DNA of 64,000 nucleotides from an uncultured Gemmatimonadales bacterium. GTDB taxonomy: Bacteria > Gemmatimonadota > Gemmatimonadetes > Longimicrobiales > RSA9. The position numbers were made by a program, and so were the translations under genes. Each line of letters begins with the position of its first letter. Position 1 is the stretch's first letter. The notes beneath the pieces are model-generated. The model was not told the DNA's origin. It saw only the letters and a list, made by a program, of their open reading frames with translations, and did not search any database. Shown here in pieces: positions 20,249 through 30,578 of the stretch. Location: positions 1,088,001 to 1,152,000 of the forward strand of contig CAWFKH010000003.1 in assembly GCA_963816355.1 (NCBI GenBank), read 5' to 3'.

Positions 20249-20728
20249 TCAGCCGTCCACGCGGTCGACGAGCGCGACGGCGATGGCGGCGATGCCCTCT
20301 CCCGCCCCGATCCAGCCCATCCCCTCGTTGGTCTTCGCCTTCACGGAGACGTGAGTGGAGCCGATCGCGAGCGCCGCCGCGAGCCGCTCGCGCATCGCCG
20401 CCGCATGGCGGGCGATGCGGGGCGCCTCGCACAACACGCTCACGTCGACGTTCACCACCTGGTAGTTCCGCTCCGCGAGCATGTGGGCCGCGTCCTGGAG
20501 CATCTGGAGCGAATCCGCGTCGCGCCAGCGGGGATCGTCCGGCGGGAAGTGCGCCCCGATGTCGCCGAGGGCCGCCGCGCCGAGGATCGCATCCGTCACC
20601 GCATGGGCGACCGCGTCGGCATCGGAGTGACCGGCGAGGCCGCGCTCGGCGGGGATCTCGACGCCCCCGAGGATCAGCCGGCGGCCCTCCGCGAAGCGGT
20701 GGGAGTCGTAGCCGACGCCGACTCTCAC
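20249..20728 (-). CDS. ispF: 2-C-methyl-D-erythritol 2,4-cyclodiphosphate synthase
   Basis: RVGVGYDSHRF, GHSDAD, GDIGAHFP, KAKTNE; GTG start overlapping the mqnC stop. Confidence 0.96.
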   Translation of the reverse strand: MRVGVGYDSHRFAEGRRLILGGVEIPAERGLAGHSDADAVAHAVTDAILGAAALGDIGAHFPPDDPRWRDADSLQMLQDAAHMLAERNYQVVNVDVSVLCEAPRIARHAAAMRERLAAALAIGSTHVSVKAKTNEGMGWIGAGEGIAAIAVALVDRVDG

Positions 20729-21972
20729 GCCGCCGCGACGGGGGCGCAGCAGGGGCAGCCGTCGGGGCTCTCGTCGACCAGGGAGTAGTTCTGGTAGCGG
20801 CGCCGCGCCGCGAAGCCGGCGTCCTCGATGAGACGGACGATCTCCGCTTCCGGCATGATGTAGTCGGTGCCGGCGGCGCTCACGACGTTCTCCTCGATCA
20901 TCAGGGAGCCGAAGTCGTTGGCGCCGAAAGAGAGGGCGAGCTGCGCCATCTTGGGCCCCTGCGTCACGTAGGAGACCTGGACGTTGTCGAAGTCGTCGAG
21001 CACGAGACGGCCGAGGGCGGTCATGCGGAGGTAGTCCATCCCGGTGCCGAGCTCGAGCCCCCAATCCTGCATCTCGGTGTGCAGCGGCTGGAACGACCAG
21101 GCGATGAAGGCGGTGTAGCGGCCCGCGTGCCCGGCCGCGATGCTGCGCGCCTGCGACGCGCGCAGCCGCGCGAGGTGCTCGAGCCGATCCTCCCACGTCT
21201 CGCCGACGCCGTACATCATGGTGGCCGTCGTGAAAAGGCCCGCCTCGTGCGCCGCCTCGTGGATCTCGAGCCAGCGGCTGGAGTCGATCTTCTTCGGCGC
21301 GATGTAGTCACGCACGGCGTCGACCAGGATCTCGCCGCCGGCGCCCGGCATCGAATCGAGGCCGGCCTCGGCCAGCTCGCGGAAGACCCGGTCGACGGGC
21401 ACCTTCGCGACCTTCGAGATCAGCTCGATCTCGGACGCGGAGAAGCCGTGGACGTGAATCGGATGGCGCTCCTTGATGAAGCGCAGCAGCCCGGTGTACC
21501 AGTCCAGCGGCAGGTACGGATTGTGACCGCCCTGCATCAGGATCTGCACCGCGCCGCGCTCCTTCGCCTCGTCGATCTTGGCGCCGATCTCCTCGTAGTC
21601 GAGGACGTACGCCTCCTCGTCCTTCGGCCGGCGATAGAAGGCGCAGAAACGGCAATCCGTGATGCAGACGTTGCTGTAGTTGATGTTGCGGTCGCAGATG
21701 TAGGTGACCTCGGGACGGGCCCGCTCCAGCCGCGCGGCGTGCGCGCGGGTGCCGAGCTCGAGCAGCGGCGTCGTACGGAGCACCTCCAGCCACTCGCCGA
21801 TCTCGGCGGCGTGCGGGCGCGCATCGAGCGGCGGCGGAACGTACGACGGCCGCGGCGTCGAGCGACGCATCCCTTCCGATCCCTCCGGGGTGGGCTCGCG
21901 GCGCCGCGGCGCGACGGTCGAGAGGATCGGCAGCGCCGTGCCGCCGGCCGAGCGGTTCCCGTCGCCGCTCAC
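20725..21972 (-). CDS. mqnC: Cyclic dehypoxanthine futalosine synthase (radical SAM)
   Basis: DRNINYSNVCITDCRFCAF, QILMQGG, PGAGGEILVD, GANDFGS..IEENVVSAAG; start GTG 21972 (overlaps mqnE stop) or ATG 21870. Confidence 0.9.
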   Translation of the reverse strand: MSGDGNRSAGGTALPILSTVAPRRREPTPEGSEGMRRSTPRPSYVPPPLDARPHAAEIGEWLEVLRTTPLLELGTRAHAARLERARPEVTYICDRNINYSNVCITDCRFCAFYRRPKDEEAYVLDYEEIGAKIDEAKERGAVQILMQGGHNPYLPLDWYTGLLRFIKERHPIHVHGFSASEIELISKVAKVPVDRVFRELAEAGLDSMPGAGGEILVDAVRDYIAPKKIDSSRWLEIHEAAHEAGLFTTATMMYGVGETWEDRLEHLARLRASQARSIAAGHAGRYTAFIAWSFQPLHTEMQDWGLELGTGMDYLRMTALGRLVLDDFDNVQVSYVTQGPKMAQLALSFGANDFGSLMIEENVVSAAGTDYIMPEAEIVRLIEDAGFAARRRYQNYSLVDESPDGCPCCAPVAAA

Positions 21973-23108
21973 CACGTCCCCACCACGTTGTAGAGGGCGT
22001 CGCGCTCGACCGGCCGCTTGCCCGCGTCCTTCACCAGGCGGACGATCTCGCGGAACGTCATCCCCTGCGGCGTGGTGGCGCCCGCCTCGTGGTATATCTT
22101 CTCCCGCACGACGGTGCCTTCGAGGTCGTCGACGCCGAAGTGGAGCGCGATCTGGCTCACCTTCGCGGTGTTCATGATCCAGTGCGTCTTGATGTGGTCG
22201 AAGTTGTCGAGGAAGAGCCGGCCAACGGCCAGGTTCTTGAGATCGTCGAAGCCGGTGGTGGCCGTTCCCTGCCGTCCGAGCTCCGCGCCGAGCTCGTTGT
22301 GGTCCGGGTGATACGCGAGCGGGATGTAGGTGAGGAAGCCGCGGGTCTCGTCCTGCAGGTCGCGCAGCATCTGCAGGTGCTCCATGCGGTCGGCGAACGT
22401 CTCGACGTGGCCGTACAACATGGTGCAGTTCGTCGGGATGCCGAGGCCGTGCGCCACGCGGTGAACTTCGATCCACTCCTCCGCCACCAGCTTGCGGTCA
22501 GCGATCCGCGAGCGAACGCTCTTCGAGAAGACCTCCGCCCCGCCGCCCGGCATCGAATCGAGGCCCGCCGCCCGCAGGCGCGTCAGCACGTCCGCGAAGC
22601 TGGTCTTCTCGATGCGCGCGAGGTTGGCGATCTCGACCGCCGTGAGCGCCTTCACCTCGACGCCCGGGTGCCGCTCCTTCAGACCGCGGATCATCTGCTC
22701 GTAGTATTCGAGGCGCAGCTTCGGGTGCAGTCCGCCCACGATGTGGAACTCGCGGATCGGGGCGTCGTGGGCGCCGTCCCCCTCCGCCACCGCCTCCTCC
22801 ACGCTCATCGTGTACGCCCCCTCCTCCTTCGGCATGCGCGCGTAGGAGCAGAAGGTGCACGTGTTGCGGAGAATGCAGACGTTCGTCGGGTTGATGTGCT
22901 GGTTGGCGACGATGAAGACGCGGTCGCCGTTCCGGGCGCGGTTCACGTGATCGGCGAGGGCGCCGACCGTGAGCAGGTCGCGCGTCTCGAAGAGCGCGAT
23001 GCCGTCCTGTGCGCTCAGCCGGTCGCCGGCGAGGACCTTCTCCGCGACCGGCACCAGGGCGGGATCGCGCGGCGCGAAGGGGAGCACCTCGGATATGACG
23101 GCAGACAT
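21969..23108 (-). CDS. mqnE: Aminofutalosine synthase (radical SAM)
   Basis: HINPTNVC..TCTFCSY, EFHIVGGLHP, KALTAVEI, PGGGAEVF, EKIYHEAGA. Confidence 0.92.
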   Translation of the reverse strand: MSAVISEVLPFAPRDPALVPVAEKVLAGDRLSAQDGIALFETRDLLTVGALADHVNRARNGDRVFIVANQHINPTNVCILRNTCTFCSYARMPKEEGAYTMSVEEAVAEGDGAHDAPIREFHIVGGLHPKLRLEYYEQMIRGLKERHPGVEVKALTAVEIANLARIEKTSFADVLTRLRAAGLDSMPGGGAEVFSKSVRSRIADRKLVAEEWIEVHRVAHGLGIPTNCTMLYGHVETFADRMEHLQMLRDLQDETRGFLTYIPLAYHPDHNELGAELGRQGTATTGFDDLKNLAVGRLFLDNFDHIKTHWIMNTAKVSQIALHFGVDDLEGTVVREKIYHEAGATTPQGMTFREIVRLVKDAGKRPVERDALYNVVGTW

Positions 23109-23144
23109 CGTATCACTCGTCCCGTGGAGAGAAGCCGTATTGAA

Positions 23145-24416
23145 TCAGTCGCCGTCCCAGCGACGCAGCGCAAGCGAGACGTTGTGCCCGCCGAAGCCGA
23201 AGGAGTTGGAGATCGCGGTCGCGACCTCGCGGTCGATCCTCCCGCCGTGCGCGTAGTTCAGGTCGCACTCCGGGTCCGGCGTCGAGAAGTTGATCGTGGG
23301 AGGAATCGAGCCGCGTTGCAGCACGAGGCTGCAGATCACCGCCTCGACGCCGCCGGCCGCGCCGAGCAGATGGCCGGTCATCGACTTCGTCGATCCCATC
23401 ACCAGGCCGTACGCCGCCTCGCCGAAGACCGCCTTGACGGCGATCGTCTCGTTGAGGTCGTTGGCCGGCGTGGACGTACCGTGCGCGTTGATGTAGTCGA
23501 CGTCGCCGGGTGCGAAACGGGCCTCCCGCAACGCCTCCGCCAGCGCGAGCTGCGCGCCCGCGCCTTCGGGGGCCGGCGCGGTGATGTGATACGCGTCGGC
23601 CGTGGAGCCGTATCCGACGATCTCCGACAGCACGTGCGCCCCGCGATTCGCCGCGTGCTCCAGCGACTCCAGGATCAGCACGCCCGCCCCTTCACCGAGC
23701 ACGAAGCCGTCCCGCTCAGCGTCGAAGGGGCGGCTCGCCGTCTCCGGCGCGTCGTTGCGCCTGGAGAGCGCCTTCATGTTCGAGAAACCGGCGATCGTCA
23801 GACGCGTCACGGCGGCTTCCGCGCCGCCCACCACCATGGCGTCGGCGTCGCCCCGCTGGATCGCGCGGTAGCCGTTGCCGACGGCGTGGCCGCTCGACGC
23901 GCAGGCGGAGACGGTGGCGTAGTTCGGGCCGCGCAGGCCGTAGCGCATGGAGACGTGGCCGGCCGCGATGTCCGGGATGAACATCGGCACGAAGAAGGGG
24001 CTCACGCGGCCCGGGCCCCGCTCGATCAGGACGCGCGTCTGATCCTCGAACGTCGCCATGCCGCCGATGCCGCTGCCGATGATGACGCCAATGCGGTCGC
24101 GGTCGAGCGAATCGAGGCGGTCGAGCATGCCGCTGTCACGCATCGCCTGCGCCGCCGCCCCGATGGCGAACTGGGCGAAGCGGTCCGTGCGACGCGCCTC
24201 CTTCCTCTCCATGTAAGCTTCGGGATCGAAAGCCTTCACCTCGCAGGCGAAGCGCACGTCGAGGTCGTCGATCGGCTCGAAGCCGGTGATCGGGCCCGCG
24301 CCGCTCACCCCCGCCAGCAGCGCCTCCCAGCTCGCCTCGACCCCGGCGCCGACCGGCGTGATCAGGCCGGCGCCTGTGACGACGACCCGGTGTCCGTACT
24401 CGTTCCGTGTCTGCAT
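23145..24416 (-). CDS. fabF: 3-oxoacyl-ACP synthase II
   Basis: SACASS, NAHGTST, KSMTGHLLGAAG, SNSFGFGGHN. Confidence 0.97.
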   Translation of the reverse strand: MQTRNEYGHRVVVTGAGLITPVGAGVEASWEALLAGVSGAGPITGFEPIDDLDVRFACEVKAFDPEAYMERKEARRTDRFAQFAIGAAAQAMRDSGMLDRLDSLDRDRIGVIIGSGIGGMATFEDQTRVLIERGPGRVSPFFVPMFIPDIAAGHVSMRYGLRGPNYATVSACASSGHAVGNGYRAIQRGDADAMVVGGAEAAVTRLTIAGFSNMKALSRRNDAPETASRPFDAERDGFVLGEGAGVLILESLEHAANRGAHVLSEIVGYGSTADAYHITAPAPEGAGAQLALAEALREARFAPGDVDYINAHGTSTPANDLNETIAVKAVFGEAAYGLVMGSTKSMTGHLLGAAGGVEAVICSLVLQRGSIPPTINFSTPDPECDLNYAHGGRIDREVATAISNSFGFGGHNVSLALRRWDGD

Positions 24417-24432
24417 CGGCCGTCCGCGCCGC

Positions 24433-24678
24433 TCACTCCTGCTCCGAGTGCTCGCGCACGTACTTGATCGCGTCGCCGACCGTCTGGAGTTGCTCGGCGT
24501 CCTCGTCCGGGATCTCCATGCCGAACTCCTCCTCGAAGGCCATGACGAGCTCGACCGTATCGAGCGAGTCGGCGCCGAGGTCCTCGACGAAGGACGCCTC
24601 CTCGGTCACCTTCTCCGGCTCCACACCGAGCTCGTTGATGATGATCTCCTTGACCTTCGCCTCGACGTTCTCCGCCAT
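24433..24678 (-). CDS. acpP: Acyl carrier protein
   Basis: [22 protein letters not shown]-like GGAGAGG upstream. Confidence 0.98.
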   Translation of the reverse strand: MAENVEAKVKEIIINELGVEPEKVTEEASFVEDLGADSLDTVELVMAFEEEFGMEIPDEDAEQLQTVGDAIKYVREHSEQE

Positions 24679-24701
24679 GGGTGCGACCTCTCCGTGGAAG
24701 T

Positions 24702-25451
24702 TCAGACCACCATGCCACCGTCGACCACGATGACCTGGCCGGTAATGTACGCCGCGCCGGGGCCGGCGAGAAACCGCACCACCGCCGCCACGTCCTCGGG
24801 ACGGCCGAGCCGTCCCAACGCAATGCGCCCCATCAGATCCTCGCGCCCCGCATCGCCGAGCTGCGCCGTCATCTCCGTCTCGATGAAGCCCGGCGCGACG
24901 GCGTTGCAGAGGACGTTTCGCGAGGCCAGCTCCTTCGCGACCGCCTTCGTCAGCCCGACGAGGCCCGCTTTCGAGGCGGCATAATTCGCCTGTCCCTTGT
25001 TGCCCGTCAAGCCGACCACGCTCGTGATGTTGATGATGCGGCCTTCGCGGCGGCGCATCATGCCGCGCGCCGCCGCGCGGATCAAGTGGAAGGGGCCCTT
25101 CAGATTCGTGTCCAGGACCCGGTCCCACGCCGCGTCGTCGATGCGGACCAGCAGGTTGTCGGCGGTGATGCCGGCGTTGTTCACCAGGACGCCCAGCTCG
25201 CCGAGCTCCGCTTCCACGTCGCGCACGAGCGCAACCACCGCCTCGCCTTCCGACACGTCGCAAGCGAAGCCACGGTGCCCCTCGCCCGCCAGCTCCGCGG
25301 CGGCGGCGGCGGCGCCCTCCGCCGAGCGCGCCACCACCGCCACGCGGGCACCGGCGCTCGCCAGCTCGGCCGCGATGGCGCGGCCGATGCCACGGCTGCC
25401 GCCCGTCACCAGCGCGACCCGCCCCTCCAGCTCCCGCCCCGCCTCGCTCAC
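24702..25451 (-). CDS. fabG: 3-oxoacyl-ACP reductase
   Basis: [22 protein letters not shown] start overlapping the fabD stop. Confidence 0.96.
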   Translation of the reverse strand: MSEAGRELEGRVALVTGGSRGIGRAIAAELASAGARVAVVARSAEGAAAAAAELAGEGHRGFACDVSEGEAVVALVRDVEAELGELGVLVNNAGITADNLLVRIDDAAWDRVLDTNLKGPFHLIRAAARGMMRRREGRIINITSVVGLTGNKGQANYAASKAGLVGLTKAVAKELASRNVLCNAVAPGFIETEMTAQLGDAGREDLMGRIALGRLGRPEDVAAVVRFLAGPGAAYITGQVIVVDGGMVV

Positions 25452-26386
25452 GCCGCTTCGCTTTCCGCCTCCAGGAATGCTTCCACCGCGTCGGCGGTGC
25501 CGAGCGTCCGCGCCTCCACCCCCCGCTCGACGCGGCGCGCCAGGCCACTCAGCACGCCGCCCGGTCCGATCTCGATGAACGGCCCCGCACCCAACCCGAT
25601 CATGGTTCGCACGCACGCAGACCAGCGTACAGGCGACGTGAGTTGCCGCAGGAGCAGGTTCCGCGCCGTCGTCGCGTCCCGTACCGGCTCGCCGGTCACG
25701 TTCGAAACGACCGGGAACGCGGGATCGGCGAGCGTGACCGCCTCGAGGGCATCGCCGAGCCCCCCCTCCGCCACCGCCATCAGCGGAGAATGGAACGCGC
25801 CCGAGACGTTGAGCGGCAGGACCCGCTTCGCGCCCGCGGCCCGCGCCGCCTCCATCGCGCGCTCGACCGCCGAACGGTCGCCGCTGATCACGACCTGGCC
25901 GGGCGCGTTGTAGTTGGCGGCGACGCACGCCTCGCCCTCGCCTGCGGCATCGGCGCAGACCGCCTCGACGCCCTCGTCCTCCAGGCCCAGCACCGCCGCC
26001 ATCGCGCCCGGCCTCGCCTCGCCGCCCTCGAACATCAGGTCACCGCGCCGCCGCACGGTGCGCAGCGCCGCGGGGAAGGAGAAGGAGCCCGCGGCGGTGT
26101 AGGCGCTGAACTCGCCGAGCGAGTGACCGGCGGCGCACGCGACGTCGCCGATGGCATCGCGCACGAGGCGCCAGACGGCGAGCGAGTGGACGAGGATCGC
26201 CGGCTGTGCGTTTCGCGTGCGGGTGAGCTCCTCTTCGGGACCCTCCCAGGCGATCCGAGAGAGCGGCGCGCCGAGCAGATCGTCGGCCTCCTCGAACGTG
26301 CGTCGAGCGATCTCGAAGCGGTCGGCCAGGTCACGGCCCATGCCGACGTACTGCGAGCCCTGCCCGGGGAAGAGGAGGCCTACCAC
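25448..26386 (-). CDS. fabD: Malonyl-CoA-ACP transacylase
   Basis: FPGQGSQ, GHSLGE, VSGAFHS. Confidence 0.97.
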   Translation of the reverse strand: MVGLLFPGQGSQYVGMGRDLADRFEIARRTFEEADDLLGAPLSRIAWEGPEEELTRTRNAQPAILVHSLAVWRLVRDAIGDVACAAGHSLGEFSAYTAAGSFSFPAALRTVRRRGDLMFEGGEARPGAMAAVLGLEDEGVEAVCADAAGEGEACVAANYNAPGQVVISGDRSAVERAMEAARAAGAKRVLPLNVSGAFHSPLMAVAEGGLGDALEAVTLADPAFPVVSNVTGEPVRDATTARNLLLRQLTSPVRWSACVRTMIGLGAGPFIEIGPGGVLSGLARRVERGVEARTLGTADAVEAFLEAESEAA

Positions 26387-27372
26387 TGAAAGACCAGGCT
26401 GCCCCAGGTCAGGCCGGCGCCGAAGGCGACCATGAGCACGCGGTCCCCGGCCTCCAGCCGGCCCTGCTCGATCGCCTCGTCGAGCGCGACCGGCAGCGTG
26501 GCGGAGCTCATGTTCCCGTAGCGCTCGATGTTGACGAACACCTTCTCCATCGGAATGCCGGCGTAGCGCGCGGTCGACTCGATGATCCGGATGTTGGCCT
26601 GATGCGGGATCATCAGGTCAATGTCCTCGGCGGTGAGGCCCGCTCGCTGCAGCGCCTGATCCGCCGCCTCCGCCATCGAGCGGACCGCCGCCTTGAAGAC
26701 CTCGCGCCCCGCCATCTTGAGCAGGTGCGACCGCTCGTCGATCACCGAATAGTCCATCGGGATGCGCGTGCCGCCGGCCGGCCGCCAGAGCAGCTCCGCG
26801 AGCGTGCCGTCCGAGCGGATGAAGCTGGAGAGGATGCCGCGGCCGTTCTGCGCTCGCCGAAGCAGGAACGCGCCCGCACCGTCGCCGAAGAGCACACACG
26901 TGCTGCGGTCGCTCCAATCCGCGATCGCGCTCATCTTCTCGCTGGCGATGACGAGCGCGAGATCGGCGCGGCCGGCGGCGAGGTACCCCTCCGCCATGCT
27001 GAGCGCGTAGATCGAGCCGGTGCACGCTGCCGAGAGGTCGAACGCCGCCGCGTTGGTCGCGCCGAGCAGCGCCTGGATGTCGCATGCCGTCGCGGGAAGC
27101 AGGCGATCCGGCGTCGCCGTCGAGACGACGATCAGGTCCAGCTCGCCCGGCTGCACGCCCGCCCGCTCCATCGCGATGCGCGCCGCGCCTGCACCCATCT
27201 CCGCCGCGCCCGTCGCGTCGTCCGCGATGCGCCGCTCCCGGATGCCGGTCCGCTCGCGGATCCATTCGTCGGTCGTGTCCACCATCCGCTCGAGATCGGC
27301 GTTCGTCAGGACACGCTCCGGGAGGTAGCGACCGGTGGAGACGATCTCCACCTTCGGTCGTGGTGTCTTCAT
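26380..27372 (-). CDS. fabH: 3-oxoacyl-ACP synthase III
   Basis: AACTG, LFGDGAGA, HQANIRI, GNMSSA, FGAGLTWG. Confidence 0.96.
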   Translation of the reverse strand: MKTPRPKVEIVSTGRYLPERVLTNADLERMVDTTDEWIRERTGIRERRIADDATGAAEMGAGAARIAMERAGVQPGELDLIVVSTATPDRLLPATACDIQALLGATNAAAFDLSAACTGSIYALSMAEGYLAAGRADLALVIASEKMSAIADWSDRSTCVLFGDGAGAFLLRRAQNGRGILSSFIRSDGTLAELLWRPAGGTRIPMDYSVIDERSHLLKMAGREVFKAAVRSMAEAADQALQRAGLTAEDIDLMIPHQANIRIIESTARYAGIPMEKVFVNIERYGNMSSATLPVALDEAIEQGRLEAGDRVLMVAFGAGLTWGSLVFQW

Positions 27373-28394
27373 CCGCGCTCCGCCCCTGTCAGGGGAGTCG
27401 TCCCGGCGATGCCGGCCCCGCCGGCGCTCGCCATCTCGTGCTCGGTGTGACGCAGCATGCGCGTCTCGATGGCCTGTTTCGCCACGCCGATCGCGTTCTT
27501 GATCGCACGCGGCGGCGAGCCGCCGTGACAGATGATCGAGATCCCGTTGATGCCGAGGAGCGGCGCGCCCCCGTACTCCGTGTAGTCGAGCAGCCGCAGC
27601 AGCCGCTGCATCCGCCGCGCGCTCAGCTCCCCTTCCATCTCCCGCCGCAGCAGATGCACCACGAAGCCGGCGACCGACTCGTAGAACTTCAGCAGAATGT
27701 TGCCCGCGAAGCCGTCCGTCACCAGGACGTCGCACGGGCCGCGGATGATGTCGCGGCCCTCCACGTTCCCGACGAAGTTGAGGCCACTCTCGCGCAGCAA
27801 CCGGTGCGTCTCGACCGAGAGCTCGTTTCCCTTCTCCGGCTCTTCACCGATGTTCAGCAGCCCGATGCGCGGATTCGCGCGCCCGAGCACGTCGCGCGCG
27901 TAGATCGCGCCGAGACGCGCGAACTGCAGCAACTGCGACGGCTTGCAGTCTACGTTCGCGCCCGCGTCCACCATCACCACGCCCTTGCGCGTGGTCGGCA
28001 GCACCGTCGCCACCGTGGGCCGATCGACTCCCGGCAGCGGCCGCAGAATCAGCAGCGACGCCGCCATCACGGCCCCGGTCGAGCCCGCGCTCACGAACGC
28101 TTCCGCACCCCCCTCGCGTTGCAGCGACAGCCCCCGCACGATCGACGAGTCCGGCTTGCGCCGTACCGCCGTCGCCGGCGACTCGCCCGGCTCGATGCGA
28201 CCCGGCGCGTGAATGACCTCGAGCCGGCCGCGCGCCTCCGCACCGCGCAGTGAAACCTCCGATTCGATCCGCTCCCGGTCCCCGATCAGCAGGATCCGGT
28301 AGTCGCCCGGAATTTCGCGCAACGCCTCGATCGCACCCTGAACCTCCACCTCAGGGTGGCGATCGCTTCCCATGGCGTCGAGGGCGATGCGCAC
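27369..28394 (-). CDS. plsX: Phosphate acyltransferase PlsX
   Basis: RIALDAMGSD, SAGSTGA, DAGANVD, NIGEEPEKG, FVGNVEG; GTG start. Confidence 0.95.
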   Translation of the reverse strand: MRIALDAMGSDRHPEVEVQGAIEALREIPGDYRILLIGDRERIESEVSLRGAEARGRLEVIHAPGRIEPGESPATAVRRKPDSSIVRGLSLQREGGAEAFVSAGSTGAVMAASLLILRPLPGVDRPTVATVLPTTRKGVVMVDAGANVDCKPSQLLQFARLGAIYARDVLGRANPRIGLLNIGEEPEKGNELSVETHRLLRESGLNFVGNVEGRDIIRGPCDVLVTDGFAGNILLKFYESVAGFVVHLLRREMEGELSARRMQRLLRLLDYTEYGGAPLLGINGISIICHGGSPPRAIKNAIGVAKQAIETRMLRHTEHEMASAGGAGIAGTTPLTGAERG

Positions 28395-28405
28395 GGGCGG
28401 ACCCC

Positions 28406-28588
28406 TCAGATCTCCTCGACCTCGATCACCTGCTCGTTGCGGTACGTGCCACAGACCGGGCACACTCGATGCGGCACCTTCGGTTCGCCGCACTTCGGGC
28501 ACGCCATCGTCGTCGGCATCTCCGCCTTGTGATGCGTCCTCCGCTTCCGCTTCCGCTGCTTCGAGACCCGCTTCTTCGGAACCGCCAT
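28406..28588 (-). CDS. rpmF: 50S ribosomal protein L32 (zinc-ribbon type)
   Basis: MAVPKKRVSK..., CPKC...HRVCPVCG. Confidence 0.98.
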   Translation of the reverse strand: MAVPKKRVSKQRKRKRRTHHKAEMPTTMACPKCGEPKVPHRVCPVCGTYRNEQVIEVEEI

Positions 28589-28600
28589 CGTTCGCCTCCT

Positions 28601-29101
28601 CTAATCCGTCGTCCGTTCTCGCAGAGGGGCCCAGCGCGGGTCCACCTCCTCCTCCTCGCAGCCGCAATCCCCCTCGTTGCGATCCTTGCCGCACTTCGGG
28701 CACAGACCCCGACACGCCTCGTCACACACCGCGTACATCGGCGCGGCCAGCAGAAACTGCTCGCGCACTGCCGGCCCCAGGTCCAGCGTCCGCGCCCGCG
28801 GCAGCGCATAGACATCCTCCGCGCCGCCCTCCCCCACGTCCTCCGTGAAGAGCGCGGAAAACGACTCCACGACCGGAACCTCCACCGCTTTCAGGCAGCG
28901 GCGACACTCCAGCCGCACCACGCCCTCGATGCGGCCCCGTACCACGACGTCCGCGCCCGCGAGCTGCGCCTCGACCTCGACGTGCACCGGCCCGGACGGT
29001 TTCGCATCGGCGTCCTCGAATAGCCCCGCCGCCGCCGGCACGTCCTCGATCAGCGCGACGCGGCGGTCGCTCCGAAGCCGTGAAAGATCGACCTCCAGCA
29101 T
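28601..29101 (-). CDS. yceD: YceD/DUF177 family protein
   Basis: ECRRCL, C...CRGLCPKCG.DRN..C.C, DPRWAPL; directly upstream of rpmF. Confidence 0.92.
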   Translation of the reverse strand: MLEVDLSRLRSDRRVALIEDVPAAAGLFEDADAKPSGPVHVEVEAQLAGADVVVRGRIEGVVRLECRRCLKAVEVPVVESFSALFTEDVGEGGAEDVYALPRARTLDLGPAVREQFLLAAPMYAVCDEACRGLCPKCGKDRNEGDCGCEEEEVDPRWAPLRERTTD

Positions 29102-29109
29102 AGCCCGTA

Positions 29110-29138
29110 AAGGTCGCAATTCCGCCGGGTCGTGTCAA
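29110..29138 (-). promoter_or_regulatory. sigma70 promoter of the yceD-rpmF-plsX-fab operon (near-leaderless)
   Basis: TTGACA-N17-GACCTT with extended -10 TG; 8 nt to the yceD ATG. Confidence 0.6.
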
Positions 29139-29242
29139 TCAACACCGGCGCCTGATGTTTCTGCCATCGCGCGGGGTCGAACGGCCTCCCGGCAACGTCG
29201 AGTCGCCGGCTCGGAAACGCGACCGCGGCCGCGGCACGGGGC

Positions 29243-29668
29243 TCAGCGGGCCGTGGCGAGGTAGTCCGCCTCGGCGAAGAAGAAAGCGGCCTCCCTGCGC
29301 GCCGTATCGGCCGCATCGGAGGCGTGGATGGCGTTGCGCTCCTTCGACTCCGCGTACAGGGCTCGCACCGTGCCCGGCGCCGCCTCGGCAGGGTCGGTGG
29401 CGCCGATCACGGTGCGGAGGCGGGCGACGGCGTCCTCGCGCTCGAGGATCGCGGGCACGACCGGGCCGGAGGTCATGAAGCGGACGAGCGGCTCGTAGAA
29501 GGGCCGTTCGCGGTGGACGGCGTAGAACTCGCGCGCCTGCGCCTCCGAGAGCCGGAGCATGCGCAGGGCGCGGATGCGGAAGCCGTCCTCCTCGAGGTGG
29601 GCGAGGATGCGGCCGGTGAGGCCGCGCGAGACGGCGTCGGGCTTGATGATCGTGAGCGTGTGGTCCAT
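29243..29668 (-). CDS. ndk: Nucleoside diphosphate kinase
   Basis: [33 protein letters not shown] catalytic His. Confidence 0.97.
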   Translation of the reverse strand: MDHTLTIIKPDAVSRGLTGRILAHLEEDGFRIRALRMLRLSEAQAREFYAVHRERPFYEPLVRFMTSGPVVPAILEREDAVARLRTVIGATDPAEAAPGTVRALYAESKERNAIHASDAADTARREAAFFFAEADYLATAR

Positions 29669-29676
29669 GTCGGCGG

Positions 29677-30555
29677 TCAGCGTCCGAAGAGGTTGCGGAT
29701 GATGTCGGCGCGCCCGAGCATGCCGGCGAGGCGACCCTCGACGACGACCGGGATCTGGGCGACATCCTTGTTGACGAGCATCGCCGCGACTTCGTCCAGC
29801 CCCATGCCCTCGGAGACGCAGAGGACGGACCGGCTCATCAGGTCGCGGACGGAGGTATCGCGAAGCGCGGCGCCGCGGGCGCCCTCCTCGCCGTCGCGAT
29901 GGACCTGCGGGAAGAGGGCGCGCAGGACGTCGCGGTCGGTGATGGTGCCCAGCACGTCGCCCTTCTCGCCGACCACCGGCAGGAGCGGGGCGCCGGTTCG
30001 CGCCATCACGTCGATCGCCGCGCGCAGCGGGTCGTCCGGCCCCACGCTTCCGGGTACCGCACCCATGACGTCGCGCACGGTGAGGCGCGGCTGGATGCGC
30101 ATCTCGGCCTCGCCCGCGATCGCCACCACGTCGTCCGGGGAGCGGGCCTGGAGGATGCGCTGCAGGACATCGTCGCGGCCGAGGAAGCGCGCGAGGGTCG
30201 AGATCGCCTGCAGGTGCAGGCTCGCGTGCGTCGGGGGTGCCAGGATGAGGACGACGACGCGCGGTCGCGCGGCGACGCCGGTGGCGCCGGGTTCGAGGGG
30301 GGTGGGGCTGACACCGACCGCGAGCACGAGGCGGTCGACGGTGTCGGTGCGGAGGTGCGGCAGGGCGACGTCGTCGCCGACCGCGACGGCGCCGCGCAGG
30401 TCCGGCTCGGTGAGCTGGCCGTGGAGCCGATCGGGGTCCAGGACGGCGCCTTCGCCGGCGGCGGCGGCGGCGAGCTCGAGGAGCGCGCCGGCGAGGTCGC
30501 GGGCGTGGAGGGGCACGCGGACGTGCCCGGCCGGAAGCAGGTCGCTCAGCCGCAT
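29677..30555 (-). CDS. PTS EIIA (Ntr/Fru-type) domain fused to a CBS-domain pair
   Basis: MRLSDLL start, VALPHLR phospho-His motif, [10 protein letters not shown]; then VRDVM..LPVV..GTITDRD and [21 protein letters not shown] repeats. Confidence 0.8.
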   Translation of the reverse strand: MRLSDLLPAGHVRVPLHARDLAGALLELAAAAAGEGAVLDPDRLHGQLTEPDLRGAVAVGDDVALPHLRTDTVDRLVLAVGVSPTPLEPGATGVAARPRVVVLILAPPTHASLHLQAISTLARFLGRDDVLQRILQARSPDDVVAIAGEAEMRIQPRLTVRDVMGAVPGSVGPDDPLRAAIDVMARTGAPLLPVVGEKGDVLGTITDRDVLRALFPQVHRDGEEGARGAALRDTSVRDLMSRSVLCVSEGMGLDEVAAMLVNKDVAQIPVVVEGRLAGMLGRADIIRNLFGR

Positions 30556-30578
30556 GGCGGGCGCGCTCGGCGGCGAAT

